In this document: piece by piece, positions 1 to 14,200 of the stretch
Layout: each line of letters opens with the position of its first letter
Numbering within the stretch: position 1 is the first letter of the stretch
From: Eledone cirrhosa
Taxonomy: Eukaryota
Reading direction: 5' to 3'
NCBI GenBank assembly: GCA_964016885.1
Contig: OZ024741.1
Location: 361,708,001-361,772,000 of the forward strand
DNA: 64,000 nt
The notes under the pieces: model-generated
Told to the model about the DNA's origin: nothing
Databases searched by the model: none
The model's input: only the letters and a program-made list of their open reading frames with translations
Position numbers and translations under genes: made by a program

Positions 1-199
1 TATGATGTCTCTCTTCCCTAGATACCAGAACCATGTGTTTATGATGTCTCTCTTCCCTAGATACCAGAAGCATGTGTTTATGATGTCTCTCATCCCTAGA
101 TACCAGAAGCATGTGTTTATGTTGTCTCTCTTCCCTCGATACCAGAAGCATGTGTTTATGATGTTTCTCGTCCCTACATACCGAAAGCATGGGTTTATG

Positions 200-3100
200 A
201 TGTCTCTCTTCCCTAGATACCAGAAGCATGTGTTTATGATGTCTCTCTTCCCTAGATACTTAAAGCATGTCTTTATGATGTTTCTCTTCCCTAGACACCT
301 AAAGCATGTGTTTATGATGTCTCTCTTCCATTGATAGATGGAGCATGTGTTTATGATGTCTCTCTTCCCTAGATACCAGAAGCATGTGTTTATGATGTTT
401 CTCTTCCCTAGATACCTAAAGCATGTGTTTATGATGTCTCCCTTCCCTAGATACCAGGACATGTGTTTATGATATCTCTCTTCCCTAGATACCACAAGCA
501 TGTGTTTATGATGTCTCTCTCTTCCCCAAATACCAGAAGCATGTGTTTATGATGTCTCTCTTCCCTAGATACCAGAAGCATGTGTTTATGATGTCTATTT
601 TCCCTAGATACCAGAAGCATGTGTTTATGATGTCTCTCTTCCCTAGATACCAGAAGCATGTGTTTATGATGTCTCTCTTCCCTAGATACCAGATGCATGT
701 GTTTATGATGTCTCTCTTCCCTAGATACCAGAAGCATGTGTTTATGATGTTTCTCTTCCCTAGATACCCGAAGCATGTGTTTATGATATCTCTCATCCCT
801 AGATACCAGAAGCATGTGTTTATGATGTCTCTCTTCCCTAGATACCAGAAGCATGTGTTTATGATGTTTCTCGTCCCTAGATACCTAAAGCATGTGTTTA
901 TGATGTCTCTCATCCCTAGATACCAGAAGCATGTGTTTATGATGTCTCTCTTCCCTAGATACCAGAAGCATGTGTTTATGATGTTTCTCGTCCCTACATA
1001 CCTAAAGCATGTGTTTATGATGTCTCTCTTCCCTAGATACCAGAAGCATGTGTTTATGATGTCTCTCTTCCCTAGATACCAGAAGCATGTGTTTATGATG
1101 TTTCTCATCCCTAGATACCTAAAGCATGTGTTTATGATGTCTCTCTTCCCTAGATACCAGAAGCATATGTTTATGATGTCTCTCTTCCCTAGATACCAGA
1201 AGCATGTGTTTATGACGTCTCTCTTTCCTATATACCAGAAGCATGTGTTTATGATGTCTCTCTTCCCTAGATATCACAAGCATGTGGTTATGATGTTTCT
1301 CATCCCTAGATACCTAAAGAATGTGTTTATGATGTCTCTCTTCCCTAGATACCAGAAGCATGTGTTTATGATGTTTCTCTTCCCTAGATACCAGAAGCAT
1401 GTGTTTATGATGTTTCTCTTCCCTAGATACCAGAAGCATGTGTTTATGATGTCTCTCTTCCCTAGATACCAGAAGCATATGTTTATGATGTCTCTCTTCC
1501 CTAGATACCAGATGCATGTGTTTATGATGTCTCTCTTCCCTAGATACCAGAAGCATGTGTTTATGATGTTTCTCTTACCTAGATACCCGAAGCATGTGTT
1601 TATGATGTCTCTCATCCCTAGATACCAGAAGCATGTGTTTATGATGTCTCTCTTCCCTAGATACCAGAAGCATGTGTTTATGATGTCTCTCCTCCCTAGA
1701 TACCAGAAGCATGTGTTTATGATGTCTCTCTTCCCTAGATACCAGAAGCATGTGTTTATGATGTCTCTCTTCCCTACATACCAGAAGCATGTGTTTATGA
1801 TGTCTCTCTTCCCTAGATACCTAAAGCATGTCTGTATGATGTTTCTCTTCCCTAGACACCTAAAGCATGTGTTTATGATGTCTCTCTCTTCCCTAAATAC
1901 CAGAAGCATGTGTTTATGATGTCTCTCTTCCCTAGATACCAGATGGATGTGTTTATGATGTCTCTCTTCCCTAGATACCTAAAGCATGTCTCTATGATGT
2001 TTCTCTTCCCTAGACACCTAAAGCATGTGTTTATGATGTCTCTCATTCCTAGATACCAGAAGCATGTGTTTATGATGTCTCTCTTCCCTAGATACTAGAA
2101 GAATGTGTTTATGATGTCTCTCTTCCCTCGATACCTAAAGCATCTCTTTATGATGTTTCTCATCCCTAGATACCTAAAGCATGTCTTTATGATGTTTCTC
2201 TTCCCTAGACAGCTAAAGTATGTCTCTATGATGTCTCTCTCTTCCCTAAATACCAGAAGCATGTGTTTATGATGTCTCTCTTCCCTAGATACCAGAAGCA
2301 TGTGTTTATGATGTCTCTCTTCCCTAGATACCAGAAGCATGTGTTTATGATGTCTCTCTTCCCTAGATACCAGAAGCATGTGTTTATGATGTCTCTCTTC
2401 CCCCGATACCAGAAGCATGTGTTTATGATGTCTCTCTTCCCTAGATACCAGAAGCATGTGTTTATGATGTCTCTCTTCCCTAGATACCTAAAGCATGTCT
2501 CTATGATGTTTCTCTTCCCTAGACACCTAAAGCATGTGTTTATGATGTCTCTCTCTTCCCTAGATACCAGAAGCATGTGTTTATGATGTCTCTCTTCCCT
2601 AGATACCAGAACCATGTGTTTATGATGTCTCTCTTCCCTAGATACCAGAAGCATGTGTTTATGATGTCTCTCTTCCCTAGATACCAGAAGCATGTGTTTA
2701 TGACGTCTCTCTTTCCTATATACCAGAAGCATGTGTTTATGATGTCTCCCTTCCCTAGATATCACAAGCATGTGGTTATGATGTTTCTCATCCCTAGATA
2801 CCTAAAGAATGTGTTTATGATGTCTCTCTTCCCTAGATACCAGAAGCATGTGTTTATGATGTTTCTCTTCCCTAGATACCAGAAGCATGTGTTTATGATG
2901 TTTCTCGTCCCTAGATACCTAAAGCATGTGTTTATGGTGTCTCTCTTCCCTAGATACCAGAAGAATGTGTTTATGATGTCTCTCTCTTCCCTAGATACCA
3001 GAAGCATGTGTTTATGATGTCTCTCCTCCCTAGATACCTGAAGCATGTGTTTATGATGTCTCTCTTCCCTAGATACCAGAAGCATGTGTTTATGATGTCT

Positions 3101-4440
3101 CTCTTCCCTACATACCAGAAGCATGTGTTTATGATGTCTCTCTTCCCTAGATACCTAAAGCATGTCTCTATGATGTTTCTCTTCCCTAGACACCTAAAGC
3201 ATGTGTTTATGATGTCTCTCTCTTCCCTAAATACCAGAAGCATGTGTTTATGATGTCTCTCTTCCCTAGATACCAGATGGATGTGTTTATGATGTCTCTC
3301 TTCCCTAGATACCTAATGCATGTCTCTATGATGTTTCTCTTCCCTAGACACCTAAAGCATGTGTTTATGATGTCTCTCATTCCTAGATACCAGAAGCATG
3401 TGTTTATGATGTCTCTCTTCCCTAGATACCAGAAGAATGTGTTTATGATGTCTCTCTTCCCTCGATACCTAAAGCATCTCTTTATGATGTTTCTCATCCC
3501 TAGATACCTAAAGCATGTCTTTATGATGTTTCTCTTCCCTAGACAGCTAAAGCATGTCTCTATGATGTCTCTCTCTTCCCTAAAAACCAGAAGCATGTGT
3601 TTATGATATCTCTCTTCCCTAGATACCAGAAGCATGTGTTTATGATGTCTCTCTTCCCTAGATACCAGAAGCATGTGTTTATGATGTCTCTCTTCCCTAG
3701 ATACCAGAAGCATGTGTTTATGATGTCTCTCTTCCCCCGATACCAGAAGCATGTGTTTATGATTTCTCTCTTCCCTAGATACCAGAAGCATGTGTTTATG
3801 ATGTCTCTCTTCCCTAGATACCTAAAGCATGTCTCTATGATGTTTCTCTTCCCTAGACACCTAAAGCATGTGTTTATGATGTCTCTTTCTTCCCTAGATA
3901 CCGAAAGCATGTGTTTATGATGTCTCTCTTCCCTAGATACCAGAAGCATGTGTTTATGATGTCTCTCTTCCCTAGATACTTAAAGCATGTCTTTATGATG
4001 TTTCTCTTCCCTAGACACCTAAAGCATGTGTTTATGATGTCTCTCTTCCATTGATAGATGGAGCATGTGTTTATGATGTCTCTCTTCCCTAGATACCAGA
4101 AGCATGTGTTTATGATGTTTCTCTTCCCTAGATACCTAAAGCATGTGTTTATGATGTCTCTCTTCCCTAGATACCAGGACATGTGTTTATGATATCTCTC
4201 TTCCCTAGATACCACAAGCATGTGTTTATGATGTCTCTCTCTTCCCTAAATACCAGAAGCATGTGTTTATGATGTCTCTCTTCCCTAGATACCAGAAGCA
4301 TGTGTTTATGATGTCTATTTTCCCTAGATACCAGAAGCATGTGTTTATGATGTCTCTCTTCCCTAGATACCAGAAGCATGTGTTTATGATGTCTCTCTTC
4401 CCTAGATACCAGATGCATGTGTTTATGATGTCTCTCTTCC
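200..4440. repeat. Dispersed duplicated block, offset 3,720 bp (about 200-720 and about 3,920-4,440; partial third copy at about 5,300-5,560)
   Basis: Private variants are shared at a fixed offset: CCATTGATAGATGG (about 328 and 4,048) and the 38-bp monomer CCAGGACATG (about 454, 4,174 and 5,309). ORF ends 447/4167 and 506/4226 differ by 3,720. Confidence 0.8.
1680..3915. repeat. Duplicated block, offset 1,334 bp (about 1,680-2,580 and about 3,015-3,915)
   Basis: Shared private variants AGATGGATG (1,941/3,275) and CTCATTCCT (2,042/3,376). ORF starts 1910/3244 and 2263/3597 both differ by 1,334. Confidence 0.85.
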
Positions 4441-7400
4441 CTAGATAGCAGAAGCATGTGTTTATGATGTCTCTCTTCCCTAGATACCAGAAGCATGTGT
4501 TTATGATGTCTCTCATCCCTATATACCAGAAGCATGTGTTTATGATGTCTCTCTTCCCTAGATACCAGAAGCATGTGTTTATGATGTTTCTCGTCCTTAG
4601 ATAACTAAAGCATGTGTTTATGATGTCTCTCTTCCCTAGATACCAGAAGAATGTGTTTATGATGTCTCTCTCTTCCCTAGATACCAGATGCATGTGTTTA
4701 TGATGTCTCTCTTCCCGAGATACCAGAAGCATGTGTTTATGATGTCTCTCTTCCCTAGATACCTAAAGCATGTCTCTATGATGTTTCTCTTCCCTAGACA
4801 CCTAAAGCATGTGTTTAGGATGTCTCTCTCTTCCCTAAATACCAGAAGTATGTGTTTATGATGTCTCTATTCCCTAGATACCAGAAGCATGTGTTTATGA
4901 TGTCTCTCTTTCCTAGATACCAGAAGCATGTGTTTATGATGTCTCTCTCTTCCCTAGATACCAGAAGCATGTGTTTATGATGTTTCTCGTCCCTACATAG
5001 CTAAAGCATGTGTTTATGATGTCTCTCTTCCCTAGATACCAGAAGCATGTGTTTATGATGTCTCTCTTCCATTGATACATGGAGCATGTGTTTATGATGT
5101 CTCTCTTTCCTAGATAGCTAAAGCATGTTTATGATGTCTCTCTTCCCTAGATGCCTAAAGCATGTGTTTATGAAGTCCCTCTTCGCTAGATACGAGAAGC
5201 ATGTGTTTATGATGTCTCTCTTCCCTAGATACCAGAAGCATGTGTTAATGATGTTTCTCTTCCCTAGATACCAGAAGCATGTGTTTATGATGTCTCTCTT
5301 CCTAGATACCAGGACATGTGTTTATGATATCTCTCTTCCCTAGATACCACAAGCATGTGTTTATGATGTCTCTCTCTTCCCTAAATACCAGAAGCATGTG
5401 TTTATGATGTCTCTCTTCCCTAGATACCAGAAGCATGTGTTTATGATGTCTATTTTCCCTAGATACCAGAAGCATGTGTTTATGATGTCTCTCTTCCCTA
5501 GATACCAGAAGCATGTGTTTATGATGTCTCTCTTCCCTAGATACCAGATGCATGTGTTTATGATGTCTCTCTTCCCTAGATACCAGAAGCATGTGTTTAT
5601 GATGTCTCTCTTCCCTAGATACCAGAAGCATGTGTTTATGATGTCTCTCATCCCTAGATACCAGAAGCATGTGTTTATGATGTCTCTCTTCCCTAGATAC
5701 CTAAAGCATGTCTCTATGATGTTTCTCTTCCCTAGACACCTAAAGCATGTGTTTAGGATGTCTCTCTATTCCCTAAATACCAGAAGCATGTGTTTATGAT
5801 GTCTCTATTCCCTAGATACCAGAAGCATGTGTTTATGATGTCTCTCTTCCCTAGATACCAGAAGCATGTGTTTATGATGTCTCTCTTCCCTAGATACCAG
5901 AAGCATGTGTTTATGATGTTTCTCGTCCCTACATACCTAAAGCATGTGTTTATGATGTCTCTCTTCCCTAGATACCAGAAGCATGTGTTTATGATGTCTC
6001 TCTTCCCTAGATACCTAAAGCATGTCTTTATGATGTTTCTCTTCCCTAGACACCTAAAGCATGTGTTTGTGATGTCTCTCTTCCATTGATACATGGAGCA
6101 TGTGTTTATGATGTCTCTCTTCCCTTGATACATGGAGCATGTGGTTATGATGTCTCTCTTCCCTAAATACCTAAATCATGTGTTTATGATGTCTCTCTTC
6201 CCTAGATACCAGAAGCATGTGTTTATGATGTTTCTCATCCCTAGATACCTAAAGCATGTGTTTATGATGTCTCTCTTCCGTAGATACCAGAAACATATGT
6301 TTATGATGTCTCTGTTCCCTAGATACCAGAAGCACGTCTTTATGATGTCTCTCTTCCCTAGATACCAGAAGCATGTGTTTATGATGTCTCTCTTCCCTAC
6401 ATACCAGAAGAATGTGTTTATGATGTCTCTCTTCCCTAGATACCAGAAGCATGTGTTTATGATGTTTCTCATCCCTAGATACCTAAAGCATGTGTTTATG
6501 ATGTCTCTCTTCCGTAGATACCAGAAGCATATGTTTATGATGTCTCTCTTCCATAGATACCAGAAGCATGTGTTTATGACGTCTCTCTTTCCTAGATACC
6601 AGAATCATGTGTTTATGATGTCTCTCTTCCCTAGATATCACAAGCATCTGTTTATGATGTTTCTCATCCCTAGATACCCAAAGAATGTGTTTATGATGTC
6701 TCTCTTCCCTAGATACCAGAAGCATGTGTTTATGATGTTTCTCTTGCCTAGATACCAGAAGCATGTGTTTATGATGTTTTTCGTCCCTAGATGCCTAAAG
6801 CATGTGTTTATGATGTCTCTCTTCCCTAGATACCAGAAGAATGTGTTTATGATGTCTCTCTCTTCCCTAGATCCCAGAAGCATGTGTTTGTGATGTCTCT
6901 CTTCCCTAGATACCAGAAGCATGTGTTTATGATGTCTCTCATCCCCCGATACCAGAAGCATGTGTTTATGATGTCTCTCTTCCCTAGATACCAGAAGCAT
7001 GTGTTTATGATGTCTCTCTTCCCTAGATACCTAAAGCATGTCTCTATGATGTTTCTCTTCCCTAGACACCTAAAGCATGTGTTTATGATGTCTCTCTCTT
7101 CCCTAGATACCAGAAGCATGTGTTTATGATGTCTCTCTTCCCTAGATACCAGAAGCATGTGTTTATGATGTCTCTCTTCCCTAGATACCTAAAGCATGTC
7201 TCTATGATGTTTCTCTTCCCTAGACACCTAAAGCTTGTGTTTATGATGTCTCTCTCTTCCCTAAATACCAGAAGCATGTGTTTATGATGTCTCTCTTCCC
7301 TAGATACCACAAGCATGTGTTTATGATGTTTCTCTTCCCTAGATAACCGAAGCATGTGTTTATGATGTCTCTCTTCCCTAGATACTTAAAGCATGTATTT

Positions 7401-8249
7401 ATGATGTTTCTCTTCCCTAGATACCTAAAGCATGTGTTTATGATGTCTCTCTTCCCTACATACCAGAAGCATGTGTTTATGATGTCTCTCTTCCCTAGAT
7501 AGCACAAGCATGTGTTTATGATGTTTCTCTTCCCTAGATACCAGAAGCATGTGTTTATGATGTTTCTCATCCCTAGATACCTAAAGCATGTGTTTATGAT
7601 GTCTCTATTCCCTAGATACCAGAAGCATGTCTTTATGATGTCTCTCTTCCCTAGATACCAGAAGCATGTGTTTATGATGTCTCTCTTCCCTACATACCAG
7701 AAGCATGTGTTTATGATGTCTCTCTTCGCTAGATACCAGAAGCATGTGTTTATGATGTTTCTCACGCCTAGATACCTAAAGCATGTGTTTATGATGTCTC
7801 TCTTCCCTAGGTACCAGAAGCATGTGTTTATGATATTTCTCTTCCCTAGATACCTAAAGCATGTGTTTATGGTGTCTCTATTCCCTAGATACCTAAAGCA
7901 TGTGTTTATGATGTCTCTCTTCCCTAGATACCAGAAGCATGTGTTTATGATGTTTCTCATACCTAGATACCTAAAGCATGTGTTTATGATGTCTCTCTTC
8001 CCTAGATACCACAAGCATGTGTTTATGATGTCTATCTTCCCTAGATACCAAAAGCATGTGTTTATGATATCTCTCTTCCCTAGATACCAGAAGCATGTGT
8101 TTATGATGTTTCTCATCCCTAGATACCACAAGCATGTGTTTATGATGTCCCTCTTCCCTAGATACCTAAAGCATGTCTTTATGATGTTTCTCTTCCCTAG
8201 ACACCTAAAGCATGTGTTTATGATGTCTCTCTTCCATTGATACATGGAG

Positions 8250-11200
8250 CATGTGTTTTTGATGTCTCTCTTCCCTTGATACATGGAGCATGTGTTTATG
8301 ATGTCTCTCGTCCCTAGATACCTAAAGCATGTGTTTATGATGTCTCTCTTCCCTAGATACCACAAGAATGTGTTTATGATGTCTCTCTCTTCCCCAGATA
8401 CCAGAAGCATGTGTTTATGATGTCTCTCTTCCCTAGATACCAGAAGCATGTGTTTATGATGTCTCTCTTCCCTAGATACCAGAAGCATGTGTTTATGATG
8501 TCTCTCATCCCTAGATACCAGAAGCATGTGTTTATGATGTCTCTCTTCCCTAGATACCAGAAGCATGTGTTTATGATGTCTCTCTTCCCTAGATACCTAA
8601 AGCATGTCTCTATGATGTTTCTCTTCCCTAGACACCTAAAGCATGTGTTTATGATGTCTCTCTCTTCCCTAAATACCACAAGCATGTGTTTATGATGTCT
8701 CTCTTCCGTAGATACCATAAGGATGTGTTTATAATGTCTGTCTTCCCTAGCTACCAGAAGCATGTGTTTATGATGTCTCTCTTCCCCAGATACCAGAAGC
8801 ATGTGTTTATGATGTCTCTCTTCCCTAGATACCTAAAGCATCTCTTTATGATGTTTCTCTTCCCTAGATACCTAAAGCATGTCTTTATGATGTTTCTCTT
8901 CCCTAGACAGCTAAAGCATGTCTCTATGATGTCTCTTTCTTCCCTAAATACCAGAAGCATGTGTTTATGATGTCTCTCTTCCCTAGATACCAGAAGCATG
9001 TGTTTATGATGTCTCAGTTCCCAAGATACCAGAAGCATGTGTTTATGATGTCTCTCTTCCCTAGATACCAGAAGCATGTGTTTATGATGTCTCTCTCTTC
9101 CCTAGATACAAGAAGCATGTGTTTATGATGTCTCTCTTCCCCCGATACCATAAGCATGTGTTTATGATGTCTCTCTTCCCTAGATACCAGAAGCATGTGT
9201 TTATGATGTCTCTCATCCCTAGAAACGAGAAGCATGTGTTTATGATGTCTCTCTTCCCTAGATACCAGAAGCATGTGTTTATGATGTCTGTCATCCCTAG
9301 ATACCTAAAGCATGGCTTTATGATGTTTCTCGTCCCTAGACACCTAAAGCCTGTGTTTATGATGTCTCTCTTCCATTGATACATGGAGCATGTGTTTATG
9401 ATGTCTCTCCTCCCTAGATACCTAAAGCATGTGTTTATGATGTCTCTCTTCCCTAGATACCTAAAGCATGTGTTTATGAAGTCTCTCTTCACTAGATACC
9501 AGAAGCATGTATTTATGATTTTTCTCGTCCCTACATACCTAAAGCATGTGTTTATGATGTCTCTCTTCCCTAGATACCAGAAGCATGTGTTTATGATGTC
9601 TCTCTTCCCTAGATACCAGAAGCACGTGTTTATGATGTCTCTCTTCCCTAGATACCTAAAGCATGTGTTTATGATGTTTCTCTTCCCTAGATACCTAAAG
9701 CATGTGTTTATGATGTCTCTCTTCCCTAGATACCAGAAGCATGTGTTTATGATGTCTCTCTTCCCTAGATACCAGAATCATGTGTTTATGATGTCTCTTT
9801 TCCCTAGATACCAGAAGCATGTGTTTATGATGTCTCTCTTCCCTAGATACCAGAAGCATGTGTTTATGATGTCTCTCTTCCCTAGATACCTAAAGCATGT
9901 GTTTATAATGTCTCTCTTCCCTAGATACCACAATCATATGTTTATGATGTTTCTCTTCCCTAGATACCCGAAGCATGTGATTATGATGTCTCTCTTCCCT
10001 AGATACTTAAAGCATGTGTTTATGATGTTTCCCTTCCCTAGATACCTAAAGCATGTGTTTATGATGTCTCTCTTCCCTAGATACCAGAAGCATGTGTTTA
10101 TGATGTCTCTCTTCGCTAGATACCACAAGCATGTGTTTATGATGTTTCTCTTCCCTAGATACCAGAATCATTGTGTTTATGATGTTTCTCATCCCTAGAT
10201 ACCCAAAGCATGTGTTTATGATGTCTCTTTTCCCTACATACCAGAAGCATGTCTTTATGATGTCTCTCTTCCCTAGATACCAGAAGCATGTGTTTATGAT
10301 GTCTCTCTTCCCTACATACCAGAAGCATGTGTTTATGATGTCTCTATTCCCTAGATACCAGAAGCATGTTTTTATGATGTTTCTCAGCCCTAGATACCCA
10401 AAGCATGTGTTTATGATGTCTCTCTTCCCTAGGTACCAGAAGCATGTGTTTATGATGGCTCTCTTCCCTAGATACCTAAAGCATGTCTTTATGATGTTTC
10501 TCGTCCCTAGACACCTAAAGCCTGTGTTTATGATGTCTCTCTTCCATTGATACATGGAGCATGTGTTTATGATGTCTCTCCTCCCTAGATACCTAAAGCA
10601 TGTGTTTATGATGTCTCTCTTCCCTAGATACCTAAAGCATGTGTTTATGATGTCTCTCTTCCCTAGATACCAGAAGCATGTATTTATGATTTTTCTCGTC
10701 CCTACATACCTAAAGCATGTGTTTATGATGTTTCTCTTCCCTAGATACCAGAAGCATGTGTTTATGATGTCTCTCTTCCCTAGATACCAGAAGCACGTGT
10801 TTATGATGTCTCTCTTCCCTAGATACCTAAAGCATGTGTTTATGATGTCTCTCTTCCATTGATACATGGAGCATGTGTTTATGATGTCTCTCTTCCCTTG
10901 ATACATGGAGCATGTGTTTATGATGTCTCTCGTCCCTAGATACCTAAAGCATGTGTTTATGATGTCTCTTTTCCCTAGATACCAGAAGAATGTGTTTATG
11001 ATGTCTCTCTCTTCCCCAGATACCAGAAGCATGTGTTTATGATGTCTCTCTTCCCTAGATACCAGAAGCATGTGTTTATGATGTCTCTCTTCCCTAGATA
11101 CCAGAAGCATGTGTTTATGATGTCTCTCATCCCTAGATACCAGAAGCATGTTTTTATGATGTCTCTCTTCCCTAGATACCAGAAGCAGGTGTTTATGATG

Positions 11201-14200
11201 TCTCTCTTCCCTAGATACCTAAAGCATGTGTTTATGATGTTTCTCTTCCCTAGACACCTAAAGCATGTGTTTATGATGTCTCTCTCTTCCCTAAATACCA
11301 CAAGCATGTGTTTATGATGTCTCTCTTCCCTAGATACCAGAAGGATGTGTTTATGATGTCTCTCTTCCCTTGCTACCAGAAGCATGTGTTTATGATGTCT
11401 CTCTTCCCCAGATACCAGAAGCATGTGTTTATGATGTCTCTCTTCCCTAGATACCTAAAGCATCTCTTTATGATGTTTCTCTTCCCTAGACAGCTAAAGC
11501 ATGTCTCTATGATGTCTCTTTCTTCCCTAAATACCAGAAGCATGTGTTTATGATGTCTCTCTTCCCTAGATACCAGAAGCATGTGTTTATGATGTCTCTC
11601 TTCCCAAGATACCAGAAGCATGTGTTTATGATGTCTCTCTTCCCTAGATACCAGAAGCATGTGTTTATGATGTCTCTCTCTTCCCTAGATACCAGAAGCA
11701 TGTTTTTATGATGTCTCTCTTCTCCCGATACCAGAAGCATGTGTTTATGATGTCTCTCTCTTCCCTAGATACCAGAAGCATGTGTTTATGATGTCTCTCA
11801 TCCCTAGAAACCAGAAGCATGTGTTTATGATGTCTCTCTTCCCTAGATACCAGAAGCATGTGTTTATGATGTTTCTCGTCCCTACATACCTAAAGCATGT
11901 GTTTATGATGTCTCTCTTCCCTAGATACCAGAAGCATGTGTTTATGATGTCTGTCTTCCCTAGATACCTAAAGCATGTCTTTATGATGTTTCTCGTCCCT
12001 AGACACCTAAAGCCTGTGTTTATGATGTCTCTCTTCCATTGATACATGGAGCATTTGTTTATGATGTCTCTCCTCCCTAGATACCTAAAGCATGTGTTTA
12101 TGATGTCTCTCTTCCCTAGATACCTAAAGCATGTGTTTATGATGTCTCTCTTCCCTAGATACCAGAAGCATGTATTTATGATTTTTCTCGTCCCTAGATA
12201 CCTAAAGCATGTGTTTATGATGTTTCTCTTCCCTAGATACCAGAAGCATGTGTTTATGATGTCCCTCTTCCCTAGATACCTAAAGCATGTCTTTATGATG
12301 TTTCTCTTCCCTAGACACCTAAAGCATGTGTTTATGATGTCTCTCTTCCATTGATACATGGAGCATGTGTTTATGATGTCTCTCGTCCCTAGATACCTAA
12401 AGCATGTGTTTATGATGTCTCTCTTCCCTAGATACCAGAAGAATGTGTTTATGATGTCTCTCTCTTCCCCAGATACCAGAAGCATGTGTTTATGATGTCT
12501 CTCTTCCCTAGATACCAGAAGCATGTGTTTATGATGTCTCTCTTCCCTAGATACCAGAAGCATGTGTTTATGATGTCTCTCATCCCTAGATACCAGAAGC
12601 ATGTTTTTATGATGTCTCTCTTCCCTAGATACCAGAAGCAGGTGTTTATGATGTCTCTCTTCCCTAGATACCTAAAGCATGTGTTTATGATGTTTCTCTT
12701 CCCTAGACACCTAAAGCATGTGTTTATGATGTCTCTCTCTTCCCTAAATACCACAAGCATGTGTTTATGATGTCTCTCTTCCCTAGATACCAGAAGGATG
12801 TGTTTATGATGTCTCTCTACCCTTGCTACCAGAAGCATGTGTTTATGATGTCTCTCTTCCCCAGATCCCAGAAGCATGTGTTTATGATGTCTCTCTTCCC
12901 TAGATACCTAAAGCATCTCTTTATGATGTTTCTCTTCCCTAGACAGCTAAAGCATGTCTCTATGATGTCTCTTTCTTCCCTAAATACCAGAAGCATGTGT
13001 TTATGATGTCTCTCTTCCCTAGATACCAGAAGCATGTGTTTATGATGTCTCTCTTCCCAAGATACCAGAAGCATGTGTTTATGATGTCTCTCTTCCCTAG
13101 ATACCAGAAGCATGTGTTTATGATGTCTCTCTCTTCCCTAGATACCAGAAGCATGTTTTTATGATGTCTCTCTTCTCCCGATACCAGAAGCATGTGTTTA
13201 TGATGTCTCTCTCTTCCCTAGATACCAGAAGCATGTGTTTATGATGTCTCTCTTCCCTACATACCAGAAGCATGTGTTTATGATGTCTCTATTCCCTAGA
13301 TACCAGAAGCATGTTTTTATGATGTTTCTCAGCCCTAGATACCCAAAGCATGTGTTTATGATGTCTCTCTTCCCTAGGTACCAGAAGCATGTGTTTATGA
13401 TGGCTCTCTTCCCTAGATACCTAAAGCATGTCTTTATGATGTTTCTCTTCCCTAGACACCTAAAGCATGTGTTTATGATGTCTCTCTTCCCTAGATACCT
13501 AAAGCATGTGTTTATGATGTCTCTATTCCCTAGATACCTAAAGCATGTGTTTATGATGTCTCTCTTCCCTAGATACCAGAAGCATGTGTTTATGATGTTT
13601 CTTATACCTAGATACCTAAAGCATGTGTTTATGATGTCTCTCTTCCCTAGATACCACAAGCATGTGTTTATGATGTCTATCTTCCCTAGATACCAAAAGC
13701 ATGTGTTTATGATATCTCTCTTCCCTAGATACCAGAAGCATGTGTTTATGATGTTTCTCATCCCTAGATACCACAAGCATGTGTTTATGATGTCCCTCTT
13801 CCCTAGATACCTAAAGCATGTCTTTATGATGTTTCTCTTCCCTAGACACCTAAAGCATGTGTTTATGATGTCTCTCTTTCATTGATACATGGAGCATGTG
13901 TTTATGATGTCTCTCTTCCCTTGATACATGGAGCATGTGTTTATGATGTCTCTCGTCCCTACATACCTAAAGCATGTGTTTATGATGTCTCTCTTCCCTA
14001 GATACCAGAAGAATGTGTTTATGATGTCTCTCTCTTCCCCAGATACCAGAAGCATGTGTTTATGATGTCTCTCTTCCCTAGATACCAGAAGCATGTGTTT
14101 ATGATGTCTCTCTTCCCTAGATACCAGAAGCATTTGTTTATGATGTCTCTCATCCCTAGATACCAGAAGCATGTGTTTATGATGTCTCTCTTCCCTAGAT

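Noticed and set aside
41-47. Box C/D snoRNA or K-turn array (ATGATG resembles box C)
   Set aside because: The box C match is imperfect (ATGATGT), box D CTGA occurs only in rare variants, and there is no guide or terminal-stem structure.
46-60. GAGA-factor/BPC site or H-DNA from the TCTCTCTTCCCT tract
   Set aside because: The tract is only 12 bp and not a convincing mirror repeat; a GAGAG pentamer alone is uninformative.
40-78. Trypanosomatid 39-nt spliced-leader (mini-exon) array
   Set aside because: Only the length matches. The sequence does not resemble the AACTAACGCT... leader, and there is no intron or spacer between units.
263-272. p53-family response elements (variant AAGCATGTCT fits the RRRCWWGYYY half-site)
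   Set aside because: These are isolated half-sites at least 39 bp apart start-to-start, the consensus copy is mismatched, and the host is unknown. Not supportable from sequence alone.
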